Shown: positions 9,692 to 18,887 of the stretch, piece by piece | How positions within the stretch are numbered: the first letter of the stretch is position 1 | Layout of the letters: the number at the start of each line of letters is the position of its first letter | Origin: a virus | Lineage: Duplodnaviria; Caudoviricetes | Reading direction: 5' to 3' (one strand) | IMG/VR virus record: IMGVR_UViG_3300020514_000008 | Span: 1 to 25,270 of that record | DNA length: 25,270 nt | Notes under the pieces: model-generated | Databases searched by the model: none | Seen by the model: the letters and a program-made list of their open reading frames with translations, nothing else | What the model was told of the DNA's origin: nothing | Translations under genes and position numbers: made by a program

Positions 9692-10390
9692 TCAGCGACG
9701 GCGCAGCCACACCTGCCCGGCACCGACCTTGAGCGTGCCGGTGTAGATCCCGCTCGGGCCGTAGACCACGCCCTCGCGCACGTCGGCGGGATCGGGCACC
9801 GTGGAGGTCTTGAAGAGCGTGGCGGCTTGCCCTGAGAGGGTGAGCGCGCCCGCAGAGGCGATCAGGCGGCGCTCGAGCAGGAGCGTGGCGCCCTGGCCCG
9901 TGAGCGTTAAGGTGCCCGCGTCGGCGCTGAGCGCACGGGTGACACTGAGGGTGCTGCCCTGCCCCGTGATGCTGAGTGCGCCTGCGTCGGCTGAAAGGGC
10001 GCGGGTTGCAGTGGTGGCCGCCACCTGCCCCGTGATCGTGAAGGTGCCGGCGGCGGCGTTCAGCGAGAGGCCGCGCAGAAGCGTGGCAGCCGATCCGGTA
10101 AGCGAGAAGCTCCCCGCATCGGCGGCCAGTGCAAGCGCGCCGGCACCGCTGTAGGTGAGGGTGGCGGCTTGGCCCGAGATCGTGAAGCTGCCGGCTGCGG
10201 CGTTGACGCTGCGCGTCGTGACCAGGGTGGAGGCTTGGCCGGTGATCGTGAAACTGCCAGAGGCGGCGTTCAGACTGCGGGCGGCAAGCGTAGCGGCGCT
10301 CTGGCCGGAAACACTCAGGCTGCCAGGGGAGGCATCCAGCGTGAACGCGGTAGGGCTGCCGCTGGATTTGAACAGCAGCAGGAGCGACAT
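9692..10390 (-). CDS. Putative virion fibre/decoration protein with about eight 22-aa tandem repeats
   Basis: Repeats such as AARSLNAASGSFTITGQASTLV and VTRALSADAGTLTLTGQGATLL; C-terminal PDPADVREGVVYGP..TGTL. Confidence 0.7.
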   Translation of the reverse strand: MSLLLLFKSSGSPTAFTLDASPGSLSVSGQSAATLAARSLNAASGSFTITGQASTLVTTRSVNAAAGSFTISGQAATLTYSGAGALALAADAGSFSLTGSAATLLRGLSLNAAAGTFTITGQVAATTATRALSADAGALSITGQGSTLSVTRALSADAGTLTLTGQGATLLLERRLIASAGALTLSGQAATLFKTSTVPDPADVREGVVYGPSGIYTGTLKVGAGQVWLRRR

Positions 10391-10394
10391 GGCG

Positions 10395-10661
10395 TCAGGT
10401 CTCGATCAGCGTGAACTGCTCGGCGGCAAGGTCTGCCTCACGCCGAGCGGCGAAGTCCTCGTCAGTCCACTCGGCATTCCATTCCTCTGCCGTTAGCGTG
10501 GGAAATGTGAACCGAAACGGCGGCATCGATTCGGCCACCACATGCACAACAATCTCGACCGTGCGCCCGATCTCCACGCTCAGCACCTCGACAGGTACAC
10601 CGCGCCAATCGATCACGTCACCCACGCTCAGAGCGTCCGCGCGGATCATCTGCGAATCCAT
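10395..10661 (-). CDS. Hypothetical protein (possible SH3-like beta barrel, acidic tail)
   Basis: 88 aa filling the gap between neighbours; IRADALSVGDVIDWRGVPVEVLSV. Confidence 0.6.
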   Translation of the reverse strand: MDSQMIRADALSVGDVIDWRGVPVEVLSVEIGRTVEIVVHVVAESMPPFRFTFPTLTAEEWNAEWTDEDFAARREADLAAEQFTLIET

Positions 10662-11488
10662 GCACGCTGCGAGGCGGCGTTGGCGTAGAACTCTCGCGGG
10701 CCGCCTTCAAGACCTTTTGAGATTGCGCCTGCCCCGGTTGACAATTGCGACGGCGAGTTGTTGAGGATATTTGTCATGTGCGGCGTCGGCACTCCAGTTC
10801 CGCTTCCGGCATATCCCGGCCCCATGAGCGCATAGGATGCGTCATAGATACCGTTGCCCCCAATTGGCATGGCGCAGACTTCTGGCGGAAACGGATTGCC
10901 GAGCCAAAGCGGCCACACAACACGCTCTTTCACCAAATTGGCTTCGGGCTGCGTGATGGCGCCGAAGGCGGCAGTTCTCAGCGGCCCGCTGGTGTTCACG
11001 GTCTGTGCGATCACTGCACAATCGGACAGGTCACCGACAAACGACACCGCGCCACCCGATCCAATCTGACCGAAAATCACACCCGCCCCGCCAGTAAAAT
11101 TTCCCGCAGGCGCGGTGCCGAGGTTCACCGTGACCTCTGTTGGAGCGTTCAATTCGGAGCCGACCCACACCCGCCACGCCGCCGAGGGCGTGCCGTTTAA
11201 CGTGGACAGCATGAAGGCCATGAATCTCCACTGGTCAGCGACGATGTTTGCGCCAGACGTTGTCCATTTGCCGTCTGTCACGTTGTTGGTGGATAACTCA
11301 ATTTCCGATGTTGTCGTGTGAATGCGCGCAAACAAGGCGGTATCGACCGACCAGTAACCTAATCCCGCCGTTAGCGTTGTGGGCCTCCACCATCCAGAAA
11401 TCAACGCCGTTCGGGAGGTGGCCCCGATGCTGACCGAATTGCTGACGTTAAATCGATTTCCTGTCGAACCGCCCATCCGCCACGCCAT
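10646..11488 (-). CDS. LamG/concanavalin A-like lectin domain virion protein
   Basis: Start moved to ATG 11488 (TAATG overlap with the upstream stop), MAWRMGGSTGNRF. Beta-rich pattern ISGWWRP...ADQWRFMAF...WRVWVG...FGQIG...FVGDLSDCAV fits LamG jellyrolls. Confidence 0.65.
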   Translation of the reverse strand: MAWRMGGSTGNRFNVSNSVSIGATSRTALISGWWRPTTLTAGLGYWSVDTALFARIHTTTSEIELSTNNVTDGKWTTSGANIVADQWRFMAFMLSTLNGTPSAAWRVWVGSELNAPTEVTVNLGTAPAGNFTGGAGVIFGQIGSGGAVSFVGDLSDCAVIAQTVNTSGPLRTAAFGAITQPEANLVKERVVWPLWLGNPFPPEVCAMPIGGNGIYDASYALMGPGYAGSGTGVPTPHMTNILNNSPSQLSTGAGAISKGLEGGPREFYANAASQRAWIRR

Positions 11489-12243
11489 TAGTTGCGCTCG
11501 ACGTAGACGTTTACTTGGGGCAACGCTCCTGCCGTGAAGAACGTGTGGCCCGCACGGGTTATTAGCGCCGCGAACAAACTTGTACCCCCGCTGCACACAT
11601 ACGGGATCGCGAGGTTGTACGCCTGCGCGACGCGGTTGTTTGTCAAGTCGAACGCGCCAGCAAGCTGAATCAGCGCAACGATCTTCAGTGAGTCTGCGTC
11701 GGAAATGGCGAAGGCGGCGTTGTCTGCTGCGAGCGTTACGCTTGAGTCGAAGATGACCAGATCATATGCGCCGATAATGTCCGACTGATCGATCAGGGTT
11801 GCCCCCACGATGGTGCCGCTGCCACCAGACAGGCGAGCGGCGTTTGCTAGCGTGATCTGAGTGCCGACCTGATCGCCCGCGACATAGGCGGTGGTCGCCG
11901 TGGTGACGCCCGTGACGCCCACCGCGATGCGCTGCAAATCACGCCGTGCCAGCGTCTGCATTTCGCCAGTGCTGCTGACCGAAATGGCGCTGTAATCACC
12001 GTCTGTCGTGCTGCCCGTCGTGTGATTGCGGACGCCCATGATGAGGACGCCCAAATCCCCGTCAGCGTGCGCGGTATCCTCAGTCTGAAACACCGGCTTG
12101 TCAGTGACGACCCGCGAGCCCTCTGCGCCCGTGGTGTTGACCACCCGCACCAATTGCACGTCGGCAGTGTCGCCAGAGTACGTGACCTGATCGGTCGCGA
12201 CGTTGCGCCCGCTGCCTGCAGTCTGCGGAAAGTTGTCAGCCAT
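11488..12243 (-). CDS. Hypothetical virion structural protein
   Basis: 251 aa Thr/Ala/Gly-rich beta-type protein; GGGGG RBS-like run; coupled to the next gene. Confidence 0.7.
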   Translation of the reverse strand: MADNFPQTAGSGRNVATDQVTYSGDTADVQLVRVVNTTGAEGSRVVTDKPVFQTEDTAHADGDLGVLIMGVRNHTTGSTTDGDYSAISVSSTGEMQTLARRDLQRIAVGVTGVTTATTAYVAGDQVGTQITLANAARLSGGSGTIVGATLIDQSDIIGAYDLVIFDSSVTLAADNAAFAISDADSLKIVALIQLAGAFDLTNNRVAQAYNLAIPYVCSGGTSLFAALITRAGHTFFTAGALPQVNVYVERN

Positions 12244-12255
12244 GCGACCCCCCGA

Positions 12256-12699
12256 TTACGCCAGTGTGAAGATCGCGCCGGGCGTGGTGTTGCTGAACTT
12301 CACCGTGAAGGTCTCGGTGTCGGCGAGCGTGATGCCGCCCACAGTGCCGTAGTCCCACCAGGCGACCAGGGCATCGGCAGGCGAGGTGGCGGTGTCGTTG
12401 TAGAGGATGGCGTAGCGAAACGGCCCGATGCCCCCTGCCGTGGCGGTGAACACCACCTGCGTGCCGGAGACCGTGGTGGTGCCCGTGACCTCCGCGATGG
12501 AGATCGTCGTGGCCGTGCCGCCTGCGGTGTAGCCGTTCGCGGCAGCAGGCGGCGGATGGTTGGTGCCCGTGTCGAGCGACGCTTGCGTGTTGACGGGTGC
12601 CGTGTTGGTCAACGCGATCTTGAAGGTGTGCGCGTCCCAGTCGTGCACGCCGCGCGCGAGTTGCTCGCTGAAGTCTCGGAAAGGGTTGTACGTGGCCAT
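12256..12699 (-). CDS. Phage structural protein (decoration/fibre-associated family)
   Basis: MATYNPFRDF...GVHDWDAHTFKIALTNTAP...IGPFRYAILYNDT...WWDYG, a pattern recurrent in phage structural modules. Confidence 0.75.
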   Translation of the reverse strand: MATYNPFRDFSEQLARGVHDWDAHTFKIALTNTAPVNTQASLDTGTNHPPPAAANGYTAGGTATTISIAEVTGTTTVSGTQVVFTATAGGIGPFRYAILYNDTATSPADALVAWWDYGTVGGITLADTETFTVKFSNTTPGAIFTLA

Positions 12700-12701
12700 G
12701 C

Positions 12702-12908
12702 TTATCCCCGCTTCTCAAGGTCGTCGATGCGACGGTGGGCTCGTGAGATGGTTTCTTCGTGCCGGTCGATGTGCGAGCGCAGGTAATCGATGTGCACGAT
12801 CAGTGCTGCGATGGTTCTCTGGGAGGCCACGTTGCCGGCGATGGCGCCGGTGACGATGGACACGAGCACCGCCATCACCAGTCCCGCAACGATCGCCTCC
12901 GTGTCCAT
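12702..12908 (-). CDS. Small membrane protein (holin-like)
   Basis: N-terminal hydrophobic helix AIVAGLVMAVLVSIVTGAIAG, then coiled-coil-like RAHRRIDDLEKRG; AGAGGG RBS. Confidence 0.6.
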   Translation of the reverse strand: MDTEAIVAGLVMAVLVSIVTGAIAGNVASQRTIAALIVHIDYLRSHIDRHEETISRAHRRIDDLEKRG

Positions 12909-12920
12909 CCCTCTGCACCC

Positions 12921-13277
12921 TCAGATCGATCGCCGGCCGGCCAGCACGACGGTGAGATTTGTCGTGCCGTTACCGCCAAAGACGCGCGGTTTCAGAAACA
13001 CGGGCAACTCCACGATCTGCTTCAGGCAGGCCGTGGTGAGCGTGAGCGCTGTGCCCGAGGTGTCGGTGAGTGCGTGATAGGTCACGCCGTCGTTGGATCC
13101 CCCGATCGTCACACTCGCGCCCCCGAAGGTGCCGAGCACCTGGATCGAGCGATCGGAGTACACGGCGAGCCTTACCGGCTCCCCGTCATCGTCTTGTGCC
13201 AGTGCGCCCCAGGTCGTGACCGCCACATCGAGCGAGGTCTCGAACGGGAAGCTCGTGACCGGCGCGACGGTGGCCAC
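12921..13277 (-). CDS. Hypothetical virion protein
   Basis: 118 aa beta-rich; SDRSIQVLGTFGGASVTIGGSNDG. Confidence 0.7.
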   Translation of the reverse strand: MATVAPVTSFPFETSLDVAVTTWGALAQDDDGEPVRLAVYSDRSIQVLGTFGGASVTIGGSNDGVTYHALTDTSGTALTLTTACLKQIVELPVFLKPRVFGGNGTTNLTVVLAGRRSI

Positions 13278-13279
13278 GC

Positions 13280-13495
13280 TTAGGCCAGATCAGAGGCGAT
13301 CTTGACCGGTGCCCGCCCGATCTCCGAGAGGGTCCGGGGCTCGCGCGCGGGCTTAGGTTTGGGTGCGACGGCAGCCGGATCCCCGACTGCCGCCACCCAT
13401 GAGCCCTTGAAGCCCTCGGGCACGTGCAACTCCTCGCCGGGCCGGATGCGCCGACCCTCGAAGAATCCCATCGACGTGGCAACGACGCGCTTCAT
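13280..13495 (-). CDS. Small hypothetical head-associated protein
   Basis: 71 aa, MKRVVATSMGFFEGRRIRPGEEL; usual position after the cement gene. Confidence 0.7.
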   Translation of the reverse strand: MKRVVATSMGFFEGRRIRPGEELHVPEGFKGSWVAAVGDPAAVAPKPKPAREPRTLSEIGRAPVKIASDLA

Positions 13496-13511
13496 GGGCT
13501 CTACCTACCTA

Positions 13512-13958
13512 TCAGGCCTGTGCGGGGCTGTCGTAGGCCTTCCAGCGAGCGACATCGGGCGTGATGAAGGCGTTCACCTTCCCTGCCGTGAATGCCGCCG
13601 TGCCGGTGACCTGCTGGATGCCGATGTAGCGCTCGTAGGCCACGCCTTCCACGGGGAGCGGCATGGCAAAGAGCACCGACCCGGCGGTCATGCTGGCGAC
13701 GGGGAATGCGCGCGAGGACACCAGCACCGTGGGCGAGGACAACCCGGCGTTGTCATCGGTGACCAGGTTGAACTGCCCCGTGGCCGAACCGCCGGAGGTC
13801 GCGGTCGTGTCGACCGTGATCACCAAATACTCGGCCATGTCACCGCCCAGATCGCGGCCTATGCCCAGATCGATGACATCGCCGATCAGGTAGCTGCCGG
13901 CAGCACCGGTGTTCAGTGCCGTGGCATCGCAGAACTCAGTACGCTCATCAAGAATCAT
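13512..13958 (-). CDS. Capsid cement protein, Bbp16-like
   Basis: MILDERTEFCDA...DVIDLG...YERYIG...FTAGKVNAFIT; AGGAGA RBS; follows the major capsid gene as in BPP-1. Confidence 0.85.
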   Translation of the reverse strand: MILDERTEFCDATALNTGAAGSYLIGDVIDLGIGRDLGGDMAEYLVITVDTTATSGGSATGQFNLVTDDNAGLSSPTVLVSSRAFPVASMTAGSVLFAMPLPVEGVAYERYIGIQQVTGTAAFTAGKVNAFITPDVARWKAYDSPAQA

Positions 13959-13983
13959 GGTGGTATCTCCTGTAGTCCTGCGA

Positions 13984-14979
13984 TTACTGGACGCGGGTTT
14001 CGGTGTTGATCAGGGCGTCGGTGCGGCGCACGGGGATGTCGTCAAACGTCATCACGCGCTTGCCGGAGACCGTCTCCCACGAGAGGTTCGAGCTCACGCG
14101 CTCGAGGATCCCCAAGCGCAGCTTCTCGCGCAGCGTGCGGTTCATGTAGAACGCGGCGCGGCCCTTGCCGAAGGAGGGCACCCGCTCGGTCGCCTGCACC
14201 ATCCAGTTGATCAGGTTCTTGGTGTTGGCGATCGTGCCGAGCTCGGAGATGTCGATGTTCGCGATGCGCACGAAGTAGCGCCAGTCGCGCACGACCAGAC
14301 CTGCGTCCCAGCGGTAGTGGGTGCGGTAGCCTTCCATCCGACCGCCTGCACCATCGACGTTCTCGATGGTCACCTGGCCCTTGTCGGACATCTGCAGACC
14401 GCCCTGCGAGCCCTTGGGATAGATCCCGAAGCCGGTCTGGGGGCCCCAGACGCAGAGCCAGATCGAGGTCAAATCACCACCTGAGCCCGAGAAGGCGTCG
14501 ATGATGTTGTCCGTGTTCTGCGCGGAGAGCGAGTTGTAGCGCGGCGCGAGACCCGTGAAGGCCTCCGGCTCCGAGCCCTCGTTGCCGTAGAAGAGCGTGC
14601 TCGCGTGCTCCTGGGCCATCGCCTCGATGTGCGCGGCGTCCTCCGAAAGCCGGAACGCGGCGGAGTTGCCGTTCAGATCGGCAAGGGCCTTGTCCACTTC
14701 CGCGTAGGCTTCGAGCATGCCGCACGAATCGGTGATCTGCGCGGTGGTCGACTTGGTGGGCTGCACGCCGCCGTAGAGCTTGCGCCAGGTCGGGGTGGGC
14801 AGACCCGTGCGGACCGTGGTCTTGTGGCCGGTCGGGAGGTTGCCCTCGACCCAGCTCATGTCGGTGAGCACTTCGTTCGACTGCGCGAGGAGCTCGACAA
14901 TGGTGTCGATCTTCCCATCGGGGTCGAGACGCTTGGAGACGTCGATCAACGTCGGGTTGTTTGCTGCAAGAGTTGCCAT
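13984..14979 (-). CDS. Major capsid protein, BPP-1 Bbp17-like
   Basis: 331 aa; RTGLPTPTWRKLYGGV, EVDKALADLNGN, FRLSED, GLVVRDWRY and DIPVRRTDAL motifs. Confidence 0.93.
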   Translation of the reverse strand: MATLAANNPTLIDVSKRLDPDGKIDTIVELLAQSNEVLTDMSWVEGNLPTGHKTTVRTGLPTPTWRKLYGGVQPTKSTTAQITDSCGMLEAYAEVDKALADLNGNSAAFRLSEDAAHIEAMAQEHASTLFYGNEGSEPEAFTGLAPRYNSLSAQNTDNIIDAFSGSGGDLTSIWLCVWGPQTGFGIYPKGSQGGLQMSDKGQVTIENVDGAGGRMEGYRTHYRWDAGLVVRDWRYFVRIANIDISELGTIANTKNLINWMVQATERVPSFGKGRAAFYMNRTLREKLRLGILERVSSNLSWETVSGKRVMTFDDIPVRRTDALINTETRVQ

Positions 14980-14991
14980 GTGGTTTCAGCC

Positions 14992-15555
14992 TCAATTCAT
15001 GGTTGGGAACATTCGTTTTGCCATGTCCACCGCGCCGGCTTTCGCCGCGCCCGCGATGAACCCGTCCTCACTGATCTTCATGCCTGCGCGGTAGAACGCT
15101 CGGATCACCTCGGGGTGGTTGCCCAGTCCCGTCATGTTCAGAACATCCCTGAGCTCAGGGGTGCCGAAGGCCTCCAGGGCCCGCTTGGCCACGGCGAGGT
15201 TCTCGTTGAGGCGGTCGCCCCCGATCTCCTTGTCCGTCTTGGCCTGCTCGGTCCAGCTCGTGACCAGATCGGCGTGCGCGTCTTGCTGACGTTTGACCAT
15301 GCCTGCGGCAAGGTCGACCGCCTTCTGCGCATCCGCCTGGCTGAGCTTGAGCTCCTTCGCCAGTCCGGCCCACTCCTCGGTCGCAGCCGTGTCGAGCTCG
15401 ATGCCTTCCGGCGCCTGGAAGGCGTAGTGCTCGGGGAGCGCTGCGCTTTCCTGCTCGATCGCGGGAGACTGCGGTGCGGCCTCCGAGATCATCGTCTGTG
15501 CTTCAGCGCCGGCGTCTGGGGTCGATGTGCCGGGTTCCGCAACCGTGTCGTTCAT
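14992..15555 (-). CDS. Capsid scaffolding/assembly protein
   Basis: Acidic N-terminus, PEHYAF, AKELKLSQADAQK, GLGNHPEVIRAFYRAGMKISED; immediately upstream of the capsid gene. Confidence 0.85.
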   Translation of the reverse strand: MNDTVAEPGTSTPDAGAEAQTMISEAAPQSPAIEQESAALPEHYAFQAPEGIELDTAATEEWAGLAKELKLSQADAQKAVDLAAGMVKRQQDAHADLVTSWTEQAKTDKEIGGDRLNENLAVAKRALEAFGTPELRDVLNMTGLGNHPEVIRAFYRAGMKISEDGFIAGAAKAGAVDMAKRMFPTMN

Positions 15556-15869
15556 GCTTTCGCCTTGTGCTCTTTCAGCACCCTGAGATACCCATCAGCG
15601 CTTCCCTCCATCAGCTCGGACGTGAGCCAGAGTCCGATGTTCCGTCGGCCCTCGTTGAACGCCATCAGGGATCCTGAGTGGTTGAACGAGGACCGGAACA
15701 CGCCGGTCTCCTCCAGCATCCGTAGCACCAGGCGTCGGCCCTGTGGGTGCCCAAGCAACCAGCGCAGATCCTCGAGTTCTTTGCGTCGGGTGTCGCGCGC
15801 CTCGGCCTCTTCGGCGTCGGCGTCGCGGTCTTGACGGTTCAGGTCTGTGGGATCAGTGCTTATTGCCAC
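15552..15869 (-). CDS. Bbp19-like phage protein
   Basis: DLRWLLGHPQGRRLV...MAFNEGRRNIGL motif; precedes the scaffold gene. Confidence 0.85.
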   Translation of the reverse strand: MAISTDPTDLNRQDRDADAEEAEARDTRRKELEDLRWLLGHPQGRRLVLRMLEETGVFRSSFNHSGSLMAFNEGRRNIGLWLTSELMEGSADGYLRVLKEHKAKA

Positions 15870-15875
15870 GAGACC

Positions 15876-15908
15876 AGACTACGACAGGAGGCGCGCCGTC
15901 ACGGACAC
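15876..15908 (-). promoter_or_regulatory. Putative late promoter copy 2: GTGTCCGTGACG-N15-TAGTCT
   Basis: 12-mer at 15897-15908, -10-like box at 15876-15881, 6 nt before the GTG at 15869. Confidence 0.75.
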
Positions 15909-16108
15909 GCCCCGCTCTCCTCGCCGGGCGCCGGGGGTTGTGCAGCGGAAAACACGTGATCGCGCAGGCATATCGCGCACTCGCAAAACACCTGGTCACC
16001 CGCTTGCGTCACGCGAAAAAGCCACGATTCCGCATCGCAGGCGCAGATCAGTTTCTGCACCTCGACCTCTTTGGCGCGGCGGGCTTTGGTGATGGGCGTG
16101 ATCTTCAT
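15899..16108 (-). CDS. Small Cys-rich (zinc-ribbon-like) protein
   Basis: Start moved to ATG 16108 (ATGA overlap with the phosphoesterase stop); CAC...CECAIC cysteine pattern. Confidence 0.6.
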   Translation of the reverse strand: MKITPITKARRAKEVEVQKLICACDAESWLFRVTQAGDQVFCECAICLRDHVFSAAQPPAPGEESGACP

Positions 16109-17178
16109 CGTGCGCGCCTCCACTTCAGGAACTCGACCCCCTCCTCCACGTCGTGGAAGACGCTCAGGCGCGAGGGGGAGCCGATCGGTTTATCAGGGTC
16201 GATGATCACCACGACCGCGGGCGAGACGAGCTGGTCGCGGAAGCCCTTTTCCTTGGCGTAGCGGTCGTAAGTCTTGTAGCTCGCGACCTGGACTGCGTGA
16301 CAGATGCGCCCATCGGTGGGGGCTTTCAGCACCATGTACCCCGAGACGTGCCGGTGCCCGGCAATGGCCAGGTCATCCCACATCCCCTGCTGCACGGCTC
16401 TACCCACGCCGTGAGCGGGGTTCCACATCGAGTGCCCCGAGAAGTCGTGCCGGGCGTTCACGAACACTTCAGCCCCGTTGGGGAAGTCGATCCGCATGCG
16501 GACATTGGTTTCGTAGAGGTTCCCGCCCTGGCGGCAGATCCACGAGAGCGGATCGCCCGCGCCTGACCAGGCGTCGTGGTTGCCAGAGAGGATGAACAAC
16601 CAATCGCGCACGGCGTGGATGAAGTGCTCGCAGAGCGCCCAGGCCTCGGCCGCGGTGGTCGATTGCTGCGCGTACAAGCGCGCCAGGCGCCCGATCCAGT
16701 TGTTGGTCGAGTCGCCCACGTTCGCACCGAAGAGCCCCTCGGTCTCGCGCACGAGGGCGGCGTGCTTCAACAACAGCCCCAAATCGGTGCCGTCGTCATC
16801 GACGTGCGGGTCACCGAAGAACAGCACCCCGATCGGCCCGGGCAGATTGACCCGTGCCGTGAACAGTGCGCGCGACTGCTCGGCGATCACCTTGCGCTCG
16901 AACTGGCGCACCCGGCGCGCGACCAGTGCATCCACATCGATCTCGGACACCGGCTCGTCGATCTCGATGGCAGCGGGGGCGGCGATCGGTGGCGCAGTGA
17001 GGGGAGGCTCAATCGCGCGCACCTTCAGCTTGCGCAACAGATTGCGCAGGCTCCCGGCGTCCACGCCCAGGGTGCGCGAGGTGGCGTCAAGGCCGTGCTG
17101 GGCGATAGACCTCACGCGCTCGCGCTGGAGCTCGCTCTGGCAGTGGGGAATCAGTGCAAGGAGTTCAGGTCGCAGCAC
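16105..17178 (-). CDS. Calcineurin-like metallophosphoesterase with N-terminal HTH-like segment
   Basis: All five motifs present: GDPH, GDSTNN, GNHD, RHDF, GHRH; GAGG RBS before the GTG. Confidence 0.85.
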   Translation of the reverse strand: MLRPELLALIPHCQSELQRERVRSIAQHGLDATSRTLGVDAGSLRNLLRKLKVRAIEPPLTAPPIAAPAAIEIDEPVSEIDVDALVARRVRQFERKVIAEQSRALFTARVNLPGPIGVLFFGDPHVDDDGTDLGLLLKHAALVRETEGLFGANVGDSTNNWIGRLARLYAQQSTTAAEAWALCEHFIHAVRDWLFILSGNHDAWSGAGDPLSWICRQGGNLYETNVRMRIDFPNGAEVFVNARHDFSGHSMWNPAHGVGRAVQQGMWDDLAIAGHRHVSGYMVLKAPTDGRICHAVQVASYKTYDRYAKEKGFRDQLVSPAVVVIIDPDKPIGSPSRLSVFHDVEEGVEFLKWRRAR

Positions 17179-17201
17179 ATCGCGGCCTCACTGTGGCGGG
17201 G

Positions 17202-18887
17202 TTACACGAACCCCGCGCTTGGCGTGTTGTAGCCCGTGAATTGACTCATCACATCGCGCAGATTGTCGGTGTTGATTTCGCTTGCGGTCTTCGCGCTCGC
17301 CACGGCCTGCGGGGCGACGGCGGCCGACATCTGCGCCTGCTGGGCGGCGGCGCGCTGCTCGCGCAACGCTGCGACATCCGCATCGGGCACCACGATCTTG
17401 GGGTTCACGCCGTAGGCATCGGCGTAGTCATCGACCACCTGGTCGAAGTCCACCTTGTCGATGATCGCGGGCGAGAGCGCGGCCAACTGCCCCACGGTGG
17501 CGAGCAGGCGGTCCATGCCGCCGGTGGCGACCGCACGCTGGGCTTGTGCCAGCACGCTGATGAACTCGACCTTGAGATCCATGCCCTGAAGCTCGGGCGG
17601 TGCGGGCGGCAGGATCCCTGCGCGCGAGCAGCGCTCAAAGGTGATGTCGATCAGGGGTTCCAAGAGCTCGTTGTGCAGGCGCTCGAGCACGGGGCCGAGC
17701 ATCAGGAGCTTCTCCTCGTGGCGCTCGGCAACTTCGCGGGCGGTGACACCGGAGCGCGAATCGTTGGCCAACATCAGGAAGAGATCCGCGTAGTACGCGC
17801 TGCGGATCCGCTCGCGCACGTCCTGGATGTCCATCATCAAGTGCTGGAGGTTCAGTTGCACCTCGAAGGCCGTGCGCACCGCCTGGTTCTGGCCCTGCGC
17901 GTCCACGTAAAAAACACCACCCGGCAAGCGCGCCTTGTTGGCCTCTTTGAACCGGGTGGGAACCTGCAGGGGCGGATTCACCTGGTAGTCGATCGCCTGG
18001 CCCTTGCGCAGTTGCTGGTGCTGCAACTGCTTCACGTCGCCCAGGCACTCCATGCCAGGGCTCGAGCCGTAGATGTCATTGCCCGTCACGCTCCAGCGCG
18101 GCGCCAGCACGGGGAACTGCTCAAAGCCCGACTCGCTCAGGAACTTGTCCGAGTTGTCCTTGCCGGGCTCGAGGTAGATCGACGCAAAGCGCATGTTCCG
18201 CGCGTCCAGCTTGCGCACGTCCCGATCGCGCCGGGGCTCGATCACGTGCAGCACGTCCACCCACGCATCGTAGTTGCCGCGGGTGTGCAGATCGCGCACC
18301 GTCTGGCTGCAGGCGTCCATCCCGAACTGCTCGACCATCTGGCCGACGGTCATTTGGAATTCGCGAATCAAGGAATTCACGTTCCCCCGCTGATCGGTCG
18401 CGAGCGCGTACTCGCCGATCGTCATGGGGTGATGGTGGATCACGTTGTCAAAGTCGGGCAGCACCACGCTCGCGGCGGTGCCGAAGAGCCCCAGCTCCTC
18501 GTAGAGGTGGTGCAGTGCGCGATACGTGTTGCTCGCGGCAAACACGCGGCGCATCAACGCAGAGACATCGTGCAGCCAAGTCTTGACGGCACCGGCCTCC
18601 ATCATGTCCTTGTCTTCGATCTCGAGGCGAAACCACGGGCGCGCGGGACTGGTGACGCCCGACATCAGTCCCGCGGCGAGCGTGCGCGCACCGAAGACGG
18701 CGGTGTTGTCGATGATGTTGTTGGTGCGCTTGTCGCCGCGGTTGCGATCGGTCGCCACGAAGCGCCCGGCGCGCGGCTGCTGGAAGTCGCTGATCTCACG
18801 CCAGTGCGTGACCCAGGACGAGCGCTCGGTCCACAGCGCGCTTTTGCGCGAGAGGATGCGCTGGCGGCGATTCAGCGGTTGATCCAT
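17202..18887 (-). CDS. Portal (head-tail connector) protein
   Basis: 561 aa; LAAGLMSGVTSPARPWFRL, DIYGSSPGMECLGD, TAREVAERHEEKLLMLGPVLERL, T7 gp8/Bbp21-type. Confidence 0.93.
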   Translation of the reverse strand: MDQPLNRRQRILSRKSALWTERSSWVTHWREISDFQQPRAGRFVATDRNRGDKRTNNIIDNTAVFGARTLAAGLMSGVTSPARPWFRLEIEDKDMMEAGAVKTWLHDVSALMRRVFAASNTYRALHHLYEELGLFGTAASVVLPDFDNVIHHHPMTIGEYALATDQRGNVNSLIREFQMTVGQMVEQFGMDACSQTVRDLHTRGNYDAWVDVLHVIEPRRDRDVRKLDARNMRFASIYLEPGKDNSDKFLSESGFEQFPVLAPRWSVTGNDIYGSSPGMECLGDVKQLQHQQLRKGQAIDYQVNPPLQVPTRFKEANKARLPGGVFYVDAQGQNQAVRTAFEVQLNLQHLMMDIQDVRERIRSAYYADLFLMLANDSRSGVTAREVAERHEEKLLMLGPVLERLHNELLEPLIDITFERCSRAGILPPAPPELQGMDLKVEFISVLAQAQRAVATGGMDRLLATVGQLAALSPAIIDKVDFDQVVDDYADAYGVNPKIVVPDADVAALREQRAAAQQAQMSAAVAPQAVASAKTASEINTDNLRDVMSQFTGYNTPSAGFV

